Made by a program: the position numbers and the translations under genes
In this document: positions 56,512 through 64,000 of the stretch, piece by piece
Numbering within the stretch: position 1 is the stretch's first letter
Layout: each line of letters starts with the position of its first letter
Assembly: GCA_016204045.1 (NCBI GenBank)
Contig: JACQLQ010000001.1
Coordinates: forward strand, 257,792-321,791
DNA from: Parcubacteria group bacterium
GTDB taxonomy: Bacteria > Patescibacteriota > Minisyncoccia > Phycocordibacterales > UBA2135
Reading direction: 5' to 3'
Length of the DNA stretch: 64,000 nt
Notes under the pieces: generated by a model
Databases searched by the model: none
What the model was told of the DNA's origin: nothing
What the model saw: only the letters and a program-made list of their open reading frames with translations

Positions 56512-56631
56512 GATGCAAATTATAACATTTATCCCCGCAAGAAAGATGCCCCGCTTTGTTAAAAGAGTAGCACTTAAGAAATGTCGGGGCAAAAGAAAAA
56601 GAGCAATCAATGTTGATTGCTCTTTTGGGGT

Positions 56632-57270
56632 TTACGCGTGTTTACGCTGCTTTTTGGATAGTGATTGCAGAATAATCCATCTTATGTCAGCTGAAATCTC
56701 CACCTCCTCTCCATGGGGAGTTTCGAACGTGAGTACCTCTACACTCTTTGGGATGTAGCGACGTATGCCGCGAAGCCTGCTTTTCTCGGCTCCGCCGACG
56801 AACTTGCGGAGCGGAGTCTCCACCACGTTGACTCTTTCGTTTGCTGCGTTAACAATCGTTCCCTCGCCAGTAGCAATACCGACATGACCAACCCCATCAT
56901 TGGGGTCAGTATCATAGAGATTGACACATCCTGTAACAAATACTACGTCTCCGGCGGTAATCTCCTCCAGAGCGATGACCTCACCAAGTCGGCGCTGCTC
57001 GATCGCAAGCCGAGGCAGCCAGATACCGCGCTGGGCATAGAGCCACCTGACAAGGCCCGAGCAGTCGACAAACCATGGAGCATCACGCGGCTTTGCATAG
57101 TCACGAAAGCATGATGTTCCGATGCGCTGCCGAGCGAGTGCGACGATATCCACTTCAACCAATGTAAAACCTTTATCGGTAAGCATGGCCAAAGTTTCCT
57201 CACGCGAGAGCGGCAAATGTAGCGAATCGAGGGACACTGCGCAGCGATTTCCGACAGCTCGGTATTCCAT
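56632..57270 (-). CDS. NlpC/P60 family cell-wall peptidase
   Basis: DCSGLV...GIWLPR..Q, GDVVF and GHVGI motifs. Confidence 0.9.
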   Translation of the reverse strand: MEYRAVGNRCAVSLDSLHLPLSREETLAMLTDKGFTLVEVDIVALARQRIGTSCFRDYAKPRDAPWFVDCSGLVRWLYAQRGIWLPRLAIEQRRLGEVIALEEITAGDVVFVTGCVNLYDTDPNDGVGHVGIATGEGTIVNAANERVNVVETPLRKFVGGAEKSRLRGIRRYIPKSVEVLTFETPHGEEVEISADIRWIILQSLSKKQRKHA

Positions 57271-57448
57271 TCCTCTCTCCTCTCTGGGTTTCCTTGTGAA
57301 AGAACAAAAATCTGCCCCAGCAGGGCAGATTTCGAGGCTTTGAACATCAAAGCCTGCCCTCTAGGTCAGGAGGTAAAAAGATATGTGGATAAAGCCAGAC
57401 CACGTTGCAATTTGATGATTATGAATCATGGTGTTGAAAGATATAATG

Positions 57449-57519
57449 TGGACCTACGGGGAATCGGACCCCGACCTCATCCATGCCATGGATGCGTAAT
57501 ACCATTTTACTATAGGCCC
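57449..57519 (-). tRNA. tRNA-Ala(GGC)
   Basis: Acceptor GGGCCTA/TAGGTCC with G3:U70; anticodon arm CATCC-ATGGCAT-GGATG. Confidence 0.92.
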
Positions 57520-57701
57520 TAGTGAGGATTCAAAATGAGAACTTGCTCATATCTTCTCCGAGCGATGGGCCTATATCAATTCTCTCATTGATATAGGCCC
57601 CTTGGGGGAATCCTAACATGTTTCCTGTGGATTTCTCAACTATGATATACTGGTAGAACACTCTAAAAGTTGTTTTACCAGACTTAAGTATAAACATTTT
57701 T

Positions 57702-57938
57702 ATGCAGCACAAGGTAGAGATTTACACGACCCCGACATGCAAGTTTTGTCTTGCGACCAAGGAACTTTTCCAGGAGAACAACATAGAGTACACGGAACAC
57801 GATGTCGCAACTGATATGGAAAGGCGTCAGGAAATGCTTACAAAGAGCGGGCAGGGTGGTGTGCCAGTTATCTTCATTGATGGTCAAATGGTCATCGGTT
57901 TTAACGAGCCAAAGTTAAGAGAACTTCTCGGTATTTAG
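57702..57938 (+). CDS. Glutaredoxin-like protein (NrdH/YruB type)
   Basis: YTTPTCKFC, GVPVI and IGFN motifs. Confidence 0.93.
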   Translation: MQHKVEIYTTPTCKFCLATKELFQENNIEYTEHDVATDMERRQEMLTKSGQGGVPVIFIDGQMVIGFNEPKLRELLGI

Positions 57939-58019
57939 TGAATAGCCTCGAGATGATGGCAAACAAGCGGCGCATTCGTAAGCTGACGGATGTGCTGTTT
58001 TGTGTTAGAGTTTGGGATA

Positions 58020-58091
58020 CCCCCCATAGCTCAACGGATAGAGCAATCCCGTCCTAAGGGAGAGATCCAAGTTCAATTCCTGGTGGGGGGA
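58020..58091 (+). tRNA. tRNA-Arg(CCT)
   Basis: Acceptor CCCCCCA/TGGGGGG, D-arm GCTC..GAGC, anticodon loop GTCCTAA. Confidence 0.9.
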
Positions 58092-58168
58092 TCCGCCACA
58101 GTGTGATACCATCACCAGGAATTGAACAGGAATGGTGTAGAGGAGGAGGTTTGCCCCCGTAGTTTAGG

Positions 58169-58287
58169 ACCCCGTACTAAAAAAATGTCCTCATAGCTCA
58201 ACGGATAGAGCGTAGGCCTCCGAAGCCTGAGATCGAGGTTCGATTCCTCGTGGGGACACTAGGAGTAATGACGGCTTAGTACGGGGT
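58169..58287. mobile_element. TIR-bounded mini-element enclosing tRNA-Arg(CCG)
   Basis: Perfect 12-bp IR ACCCCGTACTAA/TTAGTACGGGGT with AGG on both outer flanks. Confidence 0.55.
58187..58258 (+). tRNA. tRNA-Arg(CCG)
   Basis: Acceptor GTCCTCA/TGGGGAC, anticodon arm TAGGC-CTCCGAA-GCCTG. Confidence 0.95.
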
Positions 58288-58369
58288 AGGTGCCACTTGA
58301 AACTTTTTATAGGATATGGTATTCGTTGTGTAGGTTTGGCAAGCTCTCGAACACAGGAGGAGAGGGCGT

Positions 58370-58696
58370 ATGGCTCAGCACAAGGCACGCCTAGTAACCA
58401 TTTCAGTCACATCAGGTTCTGTTGCCAAGTTTCTTCAGGGCTTAACTGGGGCAATTGTGCCCGAATATCAAGCCCTGGCGGCGTATCTTGGAGGACACTC
58501 CGGAGAGGCCCAATTTGAGGGAGAGCCGGATAAGGAGCCCAATGGAACCCCAGTGCTTGTGGTCGCAGACGCGCGGTTCCCTGCAGGGAGGCTTCGCATG
58601 GCTGCTTGCGAAGGTGTGTGGAACAGGGCTGTGGGTGTTTGGGAGAAGCCCAATCGACAGACCCTCATCACGCATGGATTCCTGCCGCAAGAATAA
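58370..58696 (+). CDS. Hypothetical protein
   Basis: Strong SD AGGAGGAG, 108 aa, hairpin downstream. Confidence 0.6.
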   Translation: MAQHKARLVTISVTSGSVAKFLQGLTGAIVPEYQALAAYLGGHSGEAQFEGEPDKEPNGTPVLVVADARFPAGRLRMAACEGVWNRAVGVWEKPNRQTLITHGFLPQE

Positions 58697-58793
58697 GTTC
58701 ACTTTTTTCGGTCCCGCGGGCGCAAATGCGCTCGCGGGCTTCGTTTTAGGGGCTCCCCCTTTCCCCTTAAATATTGCATGGTATACTCTTGTG

Positions 58794-59072
58794 ATGGATT
58801 CTGAAGATCGAAAATTGTTGCAAAAGATCCAAAAAACAGTGGAGGAAAACAACTCCATGTTGCACAAAATGCGAAGCTCTATGAAGTGGTCCAAGTTCTT
58901 CAGGTCTTTGTATTGGCTCCTCATTATCGGTACATCAGTCGGAGCGTTTTACTATCTCCAGCCTTATGTAGAGCAAATGCAAGAAGCCTATGTCTTGCTT
59001 CGGTCTGGAGTAGGGGGTATACAAGAGATAGGGAACAAACTGCCCGACCTCAATCAATTCATACAGCAATAG
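58794..59072 (+). CDS. Small single-TM coiled-coil protein
   Basis: EENN.ML.KMR...YW..IIG...GA.YYLQPY pattern; TGGTATACT 6 nt upstream of ATG. Confidence 0.8.
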   Translation: MDSEDRKLLQKIQKTVEENNSMLHKMRSSMKWSKFFRSLYWLLIIGTSVGAFYYLQPYVEQMQEAYVLLRSGVGGIQEIGNKLPDLNQFIQQ

Positions 59073-59081
59073 TTCAGATTT

Positions 59082-59153
59082 GCCTGGGTAGCTCAGTGGT
59101 AGAGCGCTGCCCTGAAGAGGCAGGCGTCCGGTGTTCGATTCACCGCCCAGGCA
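59082..59153 (+). tRNA. tRNA-Phe(GAA)
   Basis: Acceptor GCCTGGG/CCCAGGC, anticodon arm CTGCC-CTGAAGA-GGCAG. Confidence 0.95.
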
Positions 59154-59193
59154 CAACAAATATCACGTCCCTTGGACATGAAATTTGTTTCCA

Positions 59194-59279
59194 GAACCCA
59201 CGGTTCTAGAAACGCGATGCTACGTGCACTCGCATCGCTTAACTCCTCCACGGGAAAACCGCAGTTTTCCCGGCCCCTT
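59194..59279 (-). repeat. ~88 bp structured repeat, copy 2 (between duplicated tRNA-Phe 3' ends)
   Basis: Matches 50844-50931; CACCGCCCAGGCA repeated at 59141-59153 and 59296-59308. Confidence 0.75.
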
Positions 59280-59344
59280 TCACAATGCCTATGCACACCG
59301 CCCAGGCATAATAAAAGAAATCCCCGCATCTGCGGGGATTTCTT

Positions 59345-59815
59345 TTACGCCGGCTTCACTTTAAGTTTTTGTGTCTTCTTCTTATCAATCTTTGGGAGAC
59401 GTACAGTGAGGAGTCCGTTTTGGAATGACGCCTCCGACTCCTCCACCTCGATTTCCTCTGGGAGGACGATGGTGCGGGAGAATGAACCCCAGTAAAGTTC
59501 CTCAAAGAAGTAGTCATCGCGGGATGCACTCCGTGAGCGCTCGCGCTTTCCTTTGATGGTTACCATGTCCCGGGTAATATTGACGTCCAAGTCGTCAGGC
59601 CTAACCCCCGCCGCCATGGTCTGGATAATGATCTCGGACGGTGTCTGATACATGTCAACCGTAAGCTCGCCCTCGGAGTCGTCTTCTTCGTCCTCCTCGT
59701 CGGCCTCTTCTGTACCTTCGTCTTCGAGTTCAACATCTACCTCTTCTCTTGGAGCATCATCAGGATTTAGGAGGCCTGACATCTTTTCGAAAAATGATGG
59801 TTTGTTTTTGAACAT
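59345..59815 (-). CDS. Hsp20/alpha-crystallin small heat shock protein
   Basis: VDMYQT, AGVRPDDLDV, ELYWGSFSRTI.LP and NGLLTVRLPK motifs. Confidence 0.95.
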   Translation of the reverse strand: MFKNKPSFFEKMSGLLNPDDAPREEVDVELEDEGTEEADEEDEEDDSEGELTVDMYQTPSEIIIQTMAAGVRPDDLDVNITRDMVTIKGKRERSRSASRDDYFFEELYWGSFSRTIVLPEEIEVEESEASFQNGLLTVRLPKIDKKKTQKLKVKPA

Positions 59816-59820
59816 AACTG

Positions 59821-60534
59821 TTAGAGACGTGGGCTTCTGATCCGCTTCACTCGTTCAAAGAGATAGACGACGACGAGTGCAGAGAACCACACGATTGCAA
59901 AAATAAGGAAGAGATTACCACCCTCACTAAGAAGTATAGAGAAGTTAAAGGCTGTGTGCAAAATGGCAGCTGTGCATAACCCAAAAAGAAGGGATAGGCG
60001 CTTCACCCATGGCGATTTGTAGAACGCAAAGCCTATGGCGAAGCCGACAGAGGCACTTGCGACGACATGGAGCACTGTTGCCCCAATGAAGCGGAGATTC
60101 CCCATCACGATTCCCGAAAGCGACTCGCCTGCCGCAAGGGGGGAGAGCAAGAAAAGCGTGTTTTCGAGCGCCGCGAAACCAAGCGCGACAGTAACCATGT
60201 AGATGACCGGGTCAATCGTCTCGTCGAGGCACCGACTCTTGTCGATGCACGCTTTACGGAAGGCGATGAAGTAGGCGCCGAAGTATTTTACAAGTTCTTC
60301 GATTGATGCCCACAAGAGAAGGAGAAAAAAGCCTCGGGTGAAGTAGTTGTCAGCAAATTGCTCGAGCACAAGGGCGACTGGCACTGCTATCATACCAGCG
60401 ATGAATGCGAAGAAAATGAGCCGCCCCGGTTCTGGGTGCCATCCGTCTTCCTTGAGCCAAAACCAAAGCCACAGGAGCGCTGGCAGAAGGCCTCCCAAGA
60501 ATGCCCAAATGAATGTAGTTAAAGAAAAATCCAT
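59821..60534 (-). CDS. prsW: PrsW family intramembrane metalloprotease
   Basis: EELVK, GFAALEN, LH and LHTAFN motifs. Confidence 0.9.
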   Translation of the reverse strand: MDFSLTTFIWAFLGGLLPALLWLWFWLKEDGWHPEPGRLIFFAFIAGMIAVPVALVLEQFADNYFTRGFFLLLLWASIEELVKYFGAYFIAFRKACIDKSRCLDETIDPVIYMVTVALGFAALENTLFLLSPLAAGESLSGIVMGNLRFIGATVLHVVASASVGFAIGFAFYKSPWVKRLSLLFGLCTAAILHTAFNFSILLSEGGNLFLIFAIVWFSALVVVYLFERVKRIRSPRL

Positions 60535-60550
60535 CCCGTTAATATGTAGC

Positions 60551-62737
60551 CTAGACGGGCCACTTCGATATCATAAGGAGTTCCTCGTCTCTCTCCTTCT
60601 CGGGGAGGAGAGACCAGATCTCTTCCGTTATGAATGGCATGAAAGGGTGAAGAAGTTTGAGGCACCCTACCCAGAGGTGGAGCAAGAGGGCTTCACGTGA
60701 GCGCTTCGCCCCAACGTCGGCGCCTAAGAGTATTGGTTTACTCTCTTCTATTATTTTATCAGCAAATGTGTGCCAGATATAGTGGTAAATCTTTTCCGAA
60801 GCAAGGTGCAGCTGATACGTTTCAAAATTGTCCGTTACCTCTTGTGCGGTTGCGTTGAACTCCTGCAGTAGCTTTTCGTCTTCGGATGCGGAGATCGCCT
60901 CTTTTGACACCGACGAACCTGGACCACTCGAAAACACAAAGCGGGTAATATTCCATGCTTTGTTGGCGAAGTGTTTATATCCTCGTATCTTATCTTCTGA
61001 GAGCGCAACCGTGCCACCCGGGGTGTTTCCCACAGTTAAAGCCATGCGAAAGGCGTCTGCGCCGTATTTTTCGGACATCTCGACGGGGCTAATGACATTC
61101 CCTTTGCTCTTCGACATCTTTTTGCCCTTGTTGTCAGTCACCATACCGTGGAAGTAGACCGTCTTGAAGGGGATGTCCTTGCCCAAGTAGAGGCCAAACA
61201 TGATCATGCGTGGCACCCACTTAAAGACGAGGTCCGAGCCGGTTTCCATGAGGTCGGTTGGGTAGAAGGCCTTAAAGTCAGCCCCGTTAGGATAGCCAAG
61301 CGTTGTAAGTGGCCATTGGCCAGACGAAAACCACGTGTCGAAGGTGTCGGGGTCTGGTGCATATTCCGCATCGCAAAACTCGCACTCAGGTTTTGTCATA
61401 GAGACCACAATACTCTCGCATTTACTTACGTCCTCTTCATGCCCAGGGCGAGGAATGCAGACAGAAGCGTGGAACCACGCTGGGATGGGAATGCCCCACA
61501 CGATTTGCCGCGAGATGTTCCAATCGATAGTGTTGTGCATCCAGTGGAGGAGCACTTTCTTTTGGTGATCGGGCAGAAACGCTATTTTATTTTCTTCTTC
61601 TACCGCCTTGATGACCATTTCTGTGAGTGGTTTCATCTTTACAAACCACTGCGCTCTGATTTGCGGTTCAATGGGTACGTTAGTCCTGCTGTCGATGCGC
61701 ACTGTGTGCTTGTAATGCTCGTCTACTTTCACAAGGAGACCCTTGCTCTTCAGTTTTTCGATAATGAGCGGTCGTGCTTTTTTCCAATGCAAACCAGCAA
61801 AGTCTCCGGCGCTCGGAAGAAGCTTACCGCTGAAGTCGATAATTTGCTCCTTCTCCAGTCCATGGCGTTCGGCAATATCAAAGTCGGTCTGGGAGTGCCA
61901 CGGGGTGATGGTCATGACCCCAGAACCGAACTCCATATCGATTGATTCATCCTTAATCACGGTCGCGGTGATCGGGCCATTGATCCACTCAAGTTCGAAC
62001 GTTTGCCCGTGTTTGTATTCTTTATACCGTGCGTCGTTGGGGTGCATAACGACGTATTTGTCACCAAACTTTGTCTCGGGGCGCACGGTCGCAATAACAA
62101 AGGGGCCGTATTGGAGGAAGTAGAAGGGGTCCTCCTGTTCTATGAACTCCGTCTCAACATCAGAGAGCGATGTCTGGTGCTTTGGGTTCCAGTGAATGAT
62201 GCGCTCACCGCGGTAGATGAGGCCATCTTCGTACATTTTGATAAAGGTCTCTTGCGTGCGTGCAACAACCTTCGGGTCGAGCATGAACGTGTTGCGTGAC
62301 CAGTCGCACGAGGCGCCGAGCTTCCTCACGTCATCTTCCATGTACGCCTTGTTTTCAAGCGTAAAGGCCATGATCTCTTCGTAAAGTTGCTGTGGCGAAA
62401 GGTCGTGGCGAGAGCGGCCCTCTTTTTCGAGCTTTTTCTCAAATACCATCTGTGTTTCAAAACCGGCATGGTCAGAGCCGGGGAGATAGAGCGTTTTCTT
62501 GCCGCGCATTCTTTGGAAGCGGATGATTGCGTCTTTGAGAGCAATATCAAGGCCATGGCCTGCATGTAGACGGCCATTCGCGTTGGGTGGTGGCATCAGG
62601 GTGGAGTAGGGTTCTTGGTGTCGTGCTGGTAGATTGTCAGGGTTGAAAAAACCGCTTTCTTCCCAGCGCTTGTAGATAGCCCCTTCGGTTTCGTTCGGCT
62701 GATAGGGCTTCGTCAGTTTTTCGGGCAAATCCGCCAT
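60551..62737 (-). CDS. valS: Valine--tRNA ligase (short form without C-terminal coiled coil)
   Basis: PPPNANGRLHAGH, DWNISRQIVWG, DTWFSSGQWP, KMSKSKGN and LLHPFMPFITEEIW motifs. Confidence 0.96.
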   Translation of the reverse strand: MADLPEKLTKPYQPNETEGAIYKRWEESGFFNPDNLPARHQEPYSTLMPPPNANGRLHAGHGLDIALKDAIIRFQRMRGKKTLYLPGSDHAGFETQMVFEKKLEKEGRSRHDLSPQQLYEEIMAFTLENKAYMEDDVRKLGASCDWSRNTFMLDPKVVARTQETFIKMYEDGLIYRGERIIHWNPKHQTSLSDVETEFIEQEDPFYFLQYGPFVIATVRPETKFGDKYVVMHPNDARYKEYKHGQTFELEWINGPITATVIKDESIDMEFGSGVMTITPWHSQTDFDIAERHGLEKEQIIDFSGKLLPSAGDFAGLHWKKARPLIIEKLKSKGLLVKVDEHYKHTVRIDSRTNVPIEPQIRAQWFVKMKPLTEMVIKAVEEENKIAFLPDHQKKVLLHWMHNTIDWNISRQIVWGIPIPAWFHASVCIPRPGHEEDVSKCESIVVSMTKPECEFCDAEYAPDPDTFDTWFSSGQWPLTTLGYPNGADFKAFYPTDLMETGSDLVFKWVPRMIMFGLYLGKDIPFKTVYFHGMVTDNKGKKMSKSKGNVISPVEMSEKYGADAFRMALTVGNTPGGTVALSEDKIRGYKHFANKAWNITRFVFSSGPGSSVSKEAISASEDEKLLQEFNATAQEVTDNFETYQLHLASEKIYHYIWHTFADKIIEESKPILLGADVGAKRSREALLLHLWVGCLKLLHPFMPFITEEIWSLLPEKERDEELLMISKWPV

Positions 62738-62780
62738 AATTGCTAATCATAACAAAATAAGGGTTATCAAAAAAGCGACC

Positions 62781-63212
62781 TTAGGAGGTCGCTTGCTTTC
62801 CACGAACTTGCTTTGGGCGCACGCAGAAGTGATATTCAATGTCACCCATCCAGACTTTTTCCGGCGCAAAGAAACACTCGAGATCTTCTTTCTCACACCA
62901 TTCAAAAACAATACGCGCACGGCCGGTTAGGTCATTTGCCGTAAGGATGTGTCCGGCATTGAGTTTCTGCCAGAGCTTGTCGACCTTTTCGGGGTCGTTC
63001 CCCGTAATGTCATCCCACGTAACGAAGAAAAGCCGCACTGATTGTTTTGCTTTACTCGCCGCATCTCTAAATAACAAGGGAATGTGATCAATGATTAGCC
63101 CTGCCTCGTTCTCAAAGGACATCTCCTTTTCCTGTGTCTTACGTTGCTTTTCCGCAACGGCATGCGTATCAAGCACCTGTCTCCATAAAGACCCTAGCGT
63201 GTCTTCAATCAT
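62781..63212 (-). CDS. Hypothetical protein
   Basis: 143-aa ORF with own TTGACA-N17-TACCCT promoter and a terminator hairpin overlapping the stop. Confidence 0.65.
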   Translation of the reverse strand: MIEDTLGSLWRQVLDTHAVAEKQRKTQEKEMSFENEAGLIIDHIPLLFRDAASKAKQSVRLFFVTWDDITGNDPEKVDKLWQKLNAGHILTANDLTGRARIVFEWCEKEDLECFFAPEKVWMGDIEYHFCVRPKQVRGKQATS

Positions 63213-63282
63213 ACTCTCTTCCCGACCCTCTCGCTTCTTACAAAAGGGTACTCTCGCCCCAGAAATGTGTCAATAAAATATC

Positions 63283-63999
63283 TTACGAGAGACGGATGTT
63301 GCCGTTTGCGCTGATGGAGTCTAGGGGTTGGATTGCTTTTTCTCCCGTAAGTGAGTGCCTGACCCATGCGGCCACAGCAATCATGAGGGCGTTGTCACCA
63401 GTCAATTCGCGCGGAGCATAGAGGACGCGTACTTCAGGGTTTTGTATCGCCGATTCTTCGATGAGCACTTCCTTGATTCGGTCATTAGCCGAGACACCTC
63501 CACCGACGAGGATGGTTTTTGTGCCATAGTGCTCGGCTGCGGCAAGTGTCTTCTTGACCAACACTTCAGTCGCCGCCTCCTCAAACTCATGGGACATTTC
63601 GCACCTCAGTTCTTCTGTTATCTCTGGAAATTCCTTAAGACGATACAGCACTGCTGTCTTCAACCCAGAAAAAGAGAAGTTGAAATCACCGGAATCAATC
63701 ATTGGTCGAGGCAAAGAAATACTTTTAGCTTTTGGCGTATAGCTTTTGGCTAACCGCGAGATCGCAGGGCCGCCGGGATAGGGGAGCCCCATCATGCGCG
63801 CGGCCTTGTCGAAAGCCTCACCAACAGCATCATCTTTCGTTTGCCCAACGATTTCGTATTTGAGCCAATCGTGTATGAGGACGAGCTCGGTATGTCCACC
63901 CGATATAAGTAGGGCCAATGCGGGAAATTCTAAATTCGAAATTCTAAATTCAAAATTCTTCTCCACCCCTTTTTCTAAAAGTGCGGAGAGCAGGTGTCC
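63283..63999 (-). CDS. tsaD: t6A synthesis protein TsaD (5'-truncated by window edge)
   Basis: GHLLS..., LLISGGHTEL, DDAVGEAFDK, FSFSGLKTA, GGGVSAN and DNALMIA motifs. Confidence 0.96.
   Translation of the reverse strand, partial: GHLLSALLEKGVEKNFEFRISNLEFPALALLISGGHTELVLIHDWLKYEIVGQTKDDAVGEAFDKAARMMGLPYPGGPAISRLAKSYTPKAKSISLPRPMIDSGDFNFSFSGLKTAVLYRLKEFPEITEELRCEMSHEFEEAATEVLVKKTLAAAEHYGTKTILVGGGVSANDRIKEVLIEESAIQNPEVRVLYAPRELTGDNALMIAVAAWVRHSLTGEKAIQPLDSISANGNIRLS
63925..63959. repeat. 5x heptamer tandem repeat AAATTC(T/G/A) inside tsaD
   Basis: AAATTCT AAATTCG AAATTCT AAATTCA AAATTCT. Confidence 0.85.
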
Positions 64000-64000
64000 T

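Noticed and set aside
60531-60541. TAACGGGATG at the prsW start as a third start-codon element
   Set aside because: Only a 10-nt match with no partner TIR in a 16-bp intergenic gap; could be chance
60551-62737. valS as a truncated pseudogene
   Set aside because: All catalytic motifs are intact and it ends cleanly at ..WP; loss of the C-terminal coiled coil is a known variant
1-64000. CRISPR array, cas genes, rRNA, transposase or prophage structural genes
   Set aside because: No regularly spaced direct repeats and no recognisable motifs seen

Overview
Bacterial chromosome segment whose gene content and style point to a Patescibacteria/CPR (Parcubacteria-like) genome; this placement is inference. 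Core genes include pyrG, gdhA, nth, rnj, secG, groES/groEL, lemA/htpX, murJ, lepA, valS, tsaD, RNase P RNA and seven tRNAs with no encoded CCA. Accessory content includes a Ter stress cluster (2x TerB, DUF1523-like, TerC, TerD-like, vWA), a complete NAD+ salvage locus (NadM-like, NrtR, PncA, PncB, NadE) with two NrtR-type boxes, a membrane fatty-acid desaturase and many singleton genes. Four patterns stand out. (1) Two interleaved expression grammars: core genes appear leaderless, while accessory genes are self-contained units with a TTGACA promoter and Shine-Dalgarno site, and in the Ter/NAD genes also a 5' hairpin, a CACAACC motif and usually a terminator. (2) A family of ~105-155 bp elements with A(C/T)CCCR...YGGG(G/A)T terminal inverted repeats: two sit on start codons (one preserves translational coupling through a 36-codon linker ORF) and one encloses a whole tRNA-Arg gene. 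(3) A second ~88 bp repeat with covarying stems, one copy at a duplicated tRNA-Phe 3' end. (4) A duplicated structured RNA motif between the NAD salvage genes. No CRISPR array, rRNA, integrase or transposase was seen.
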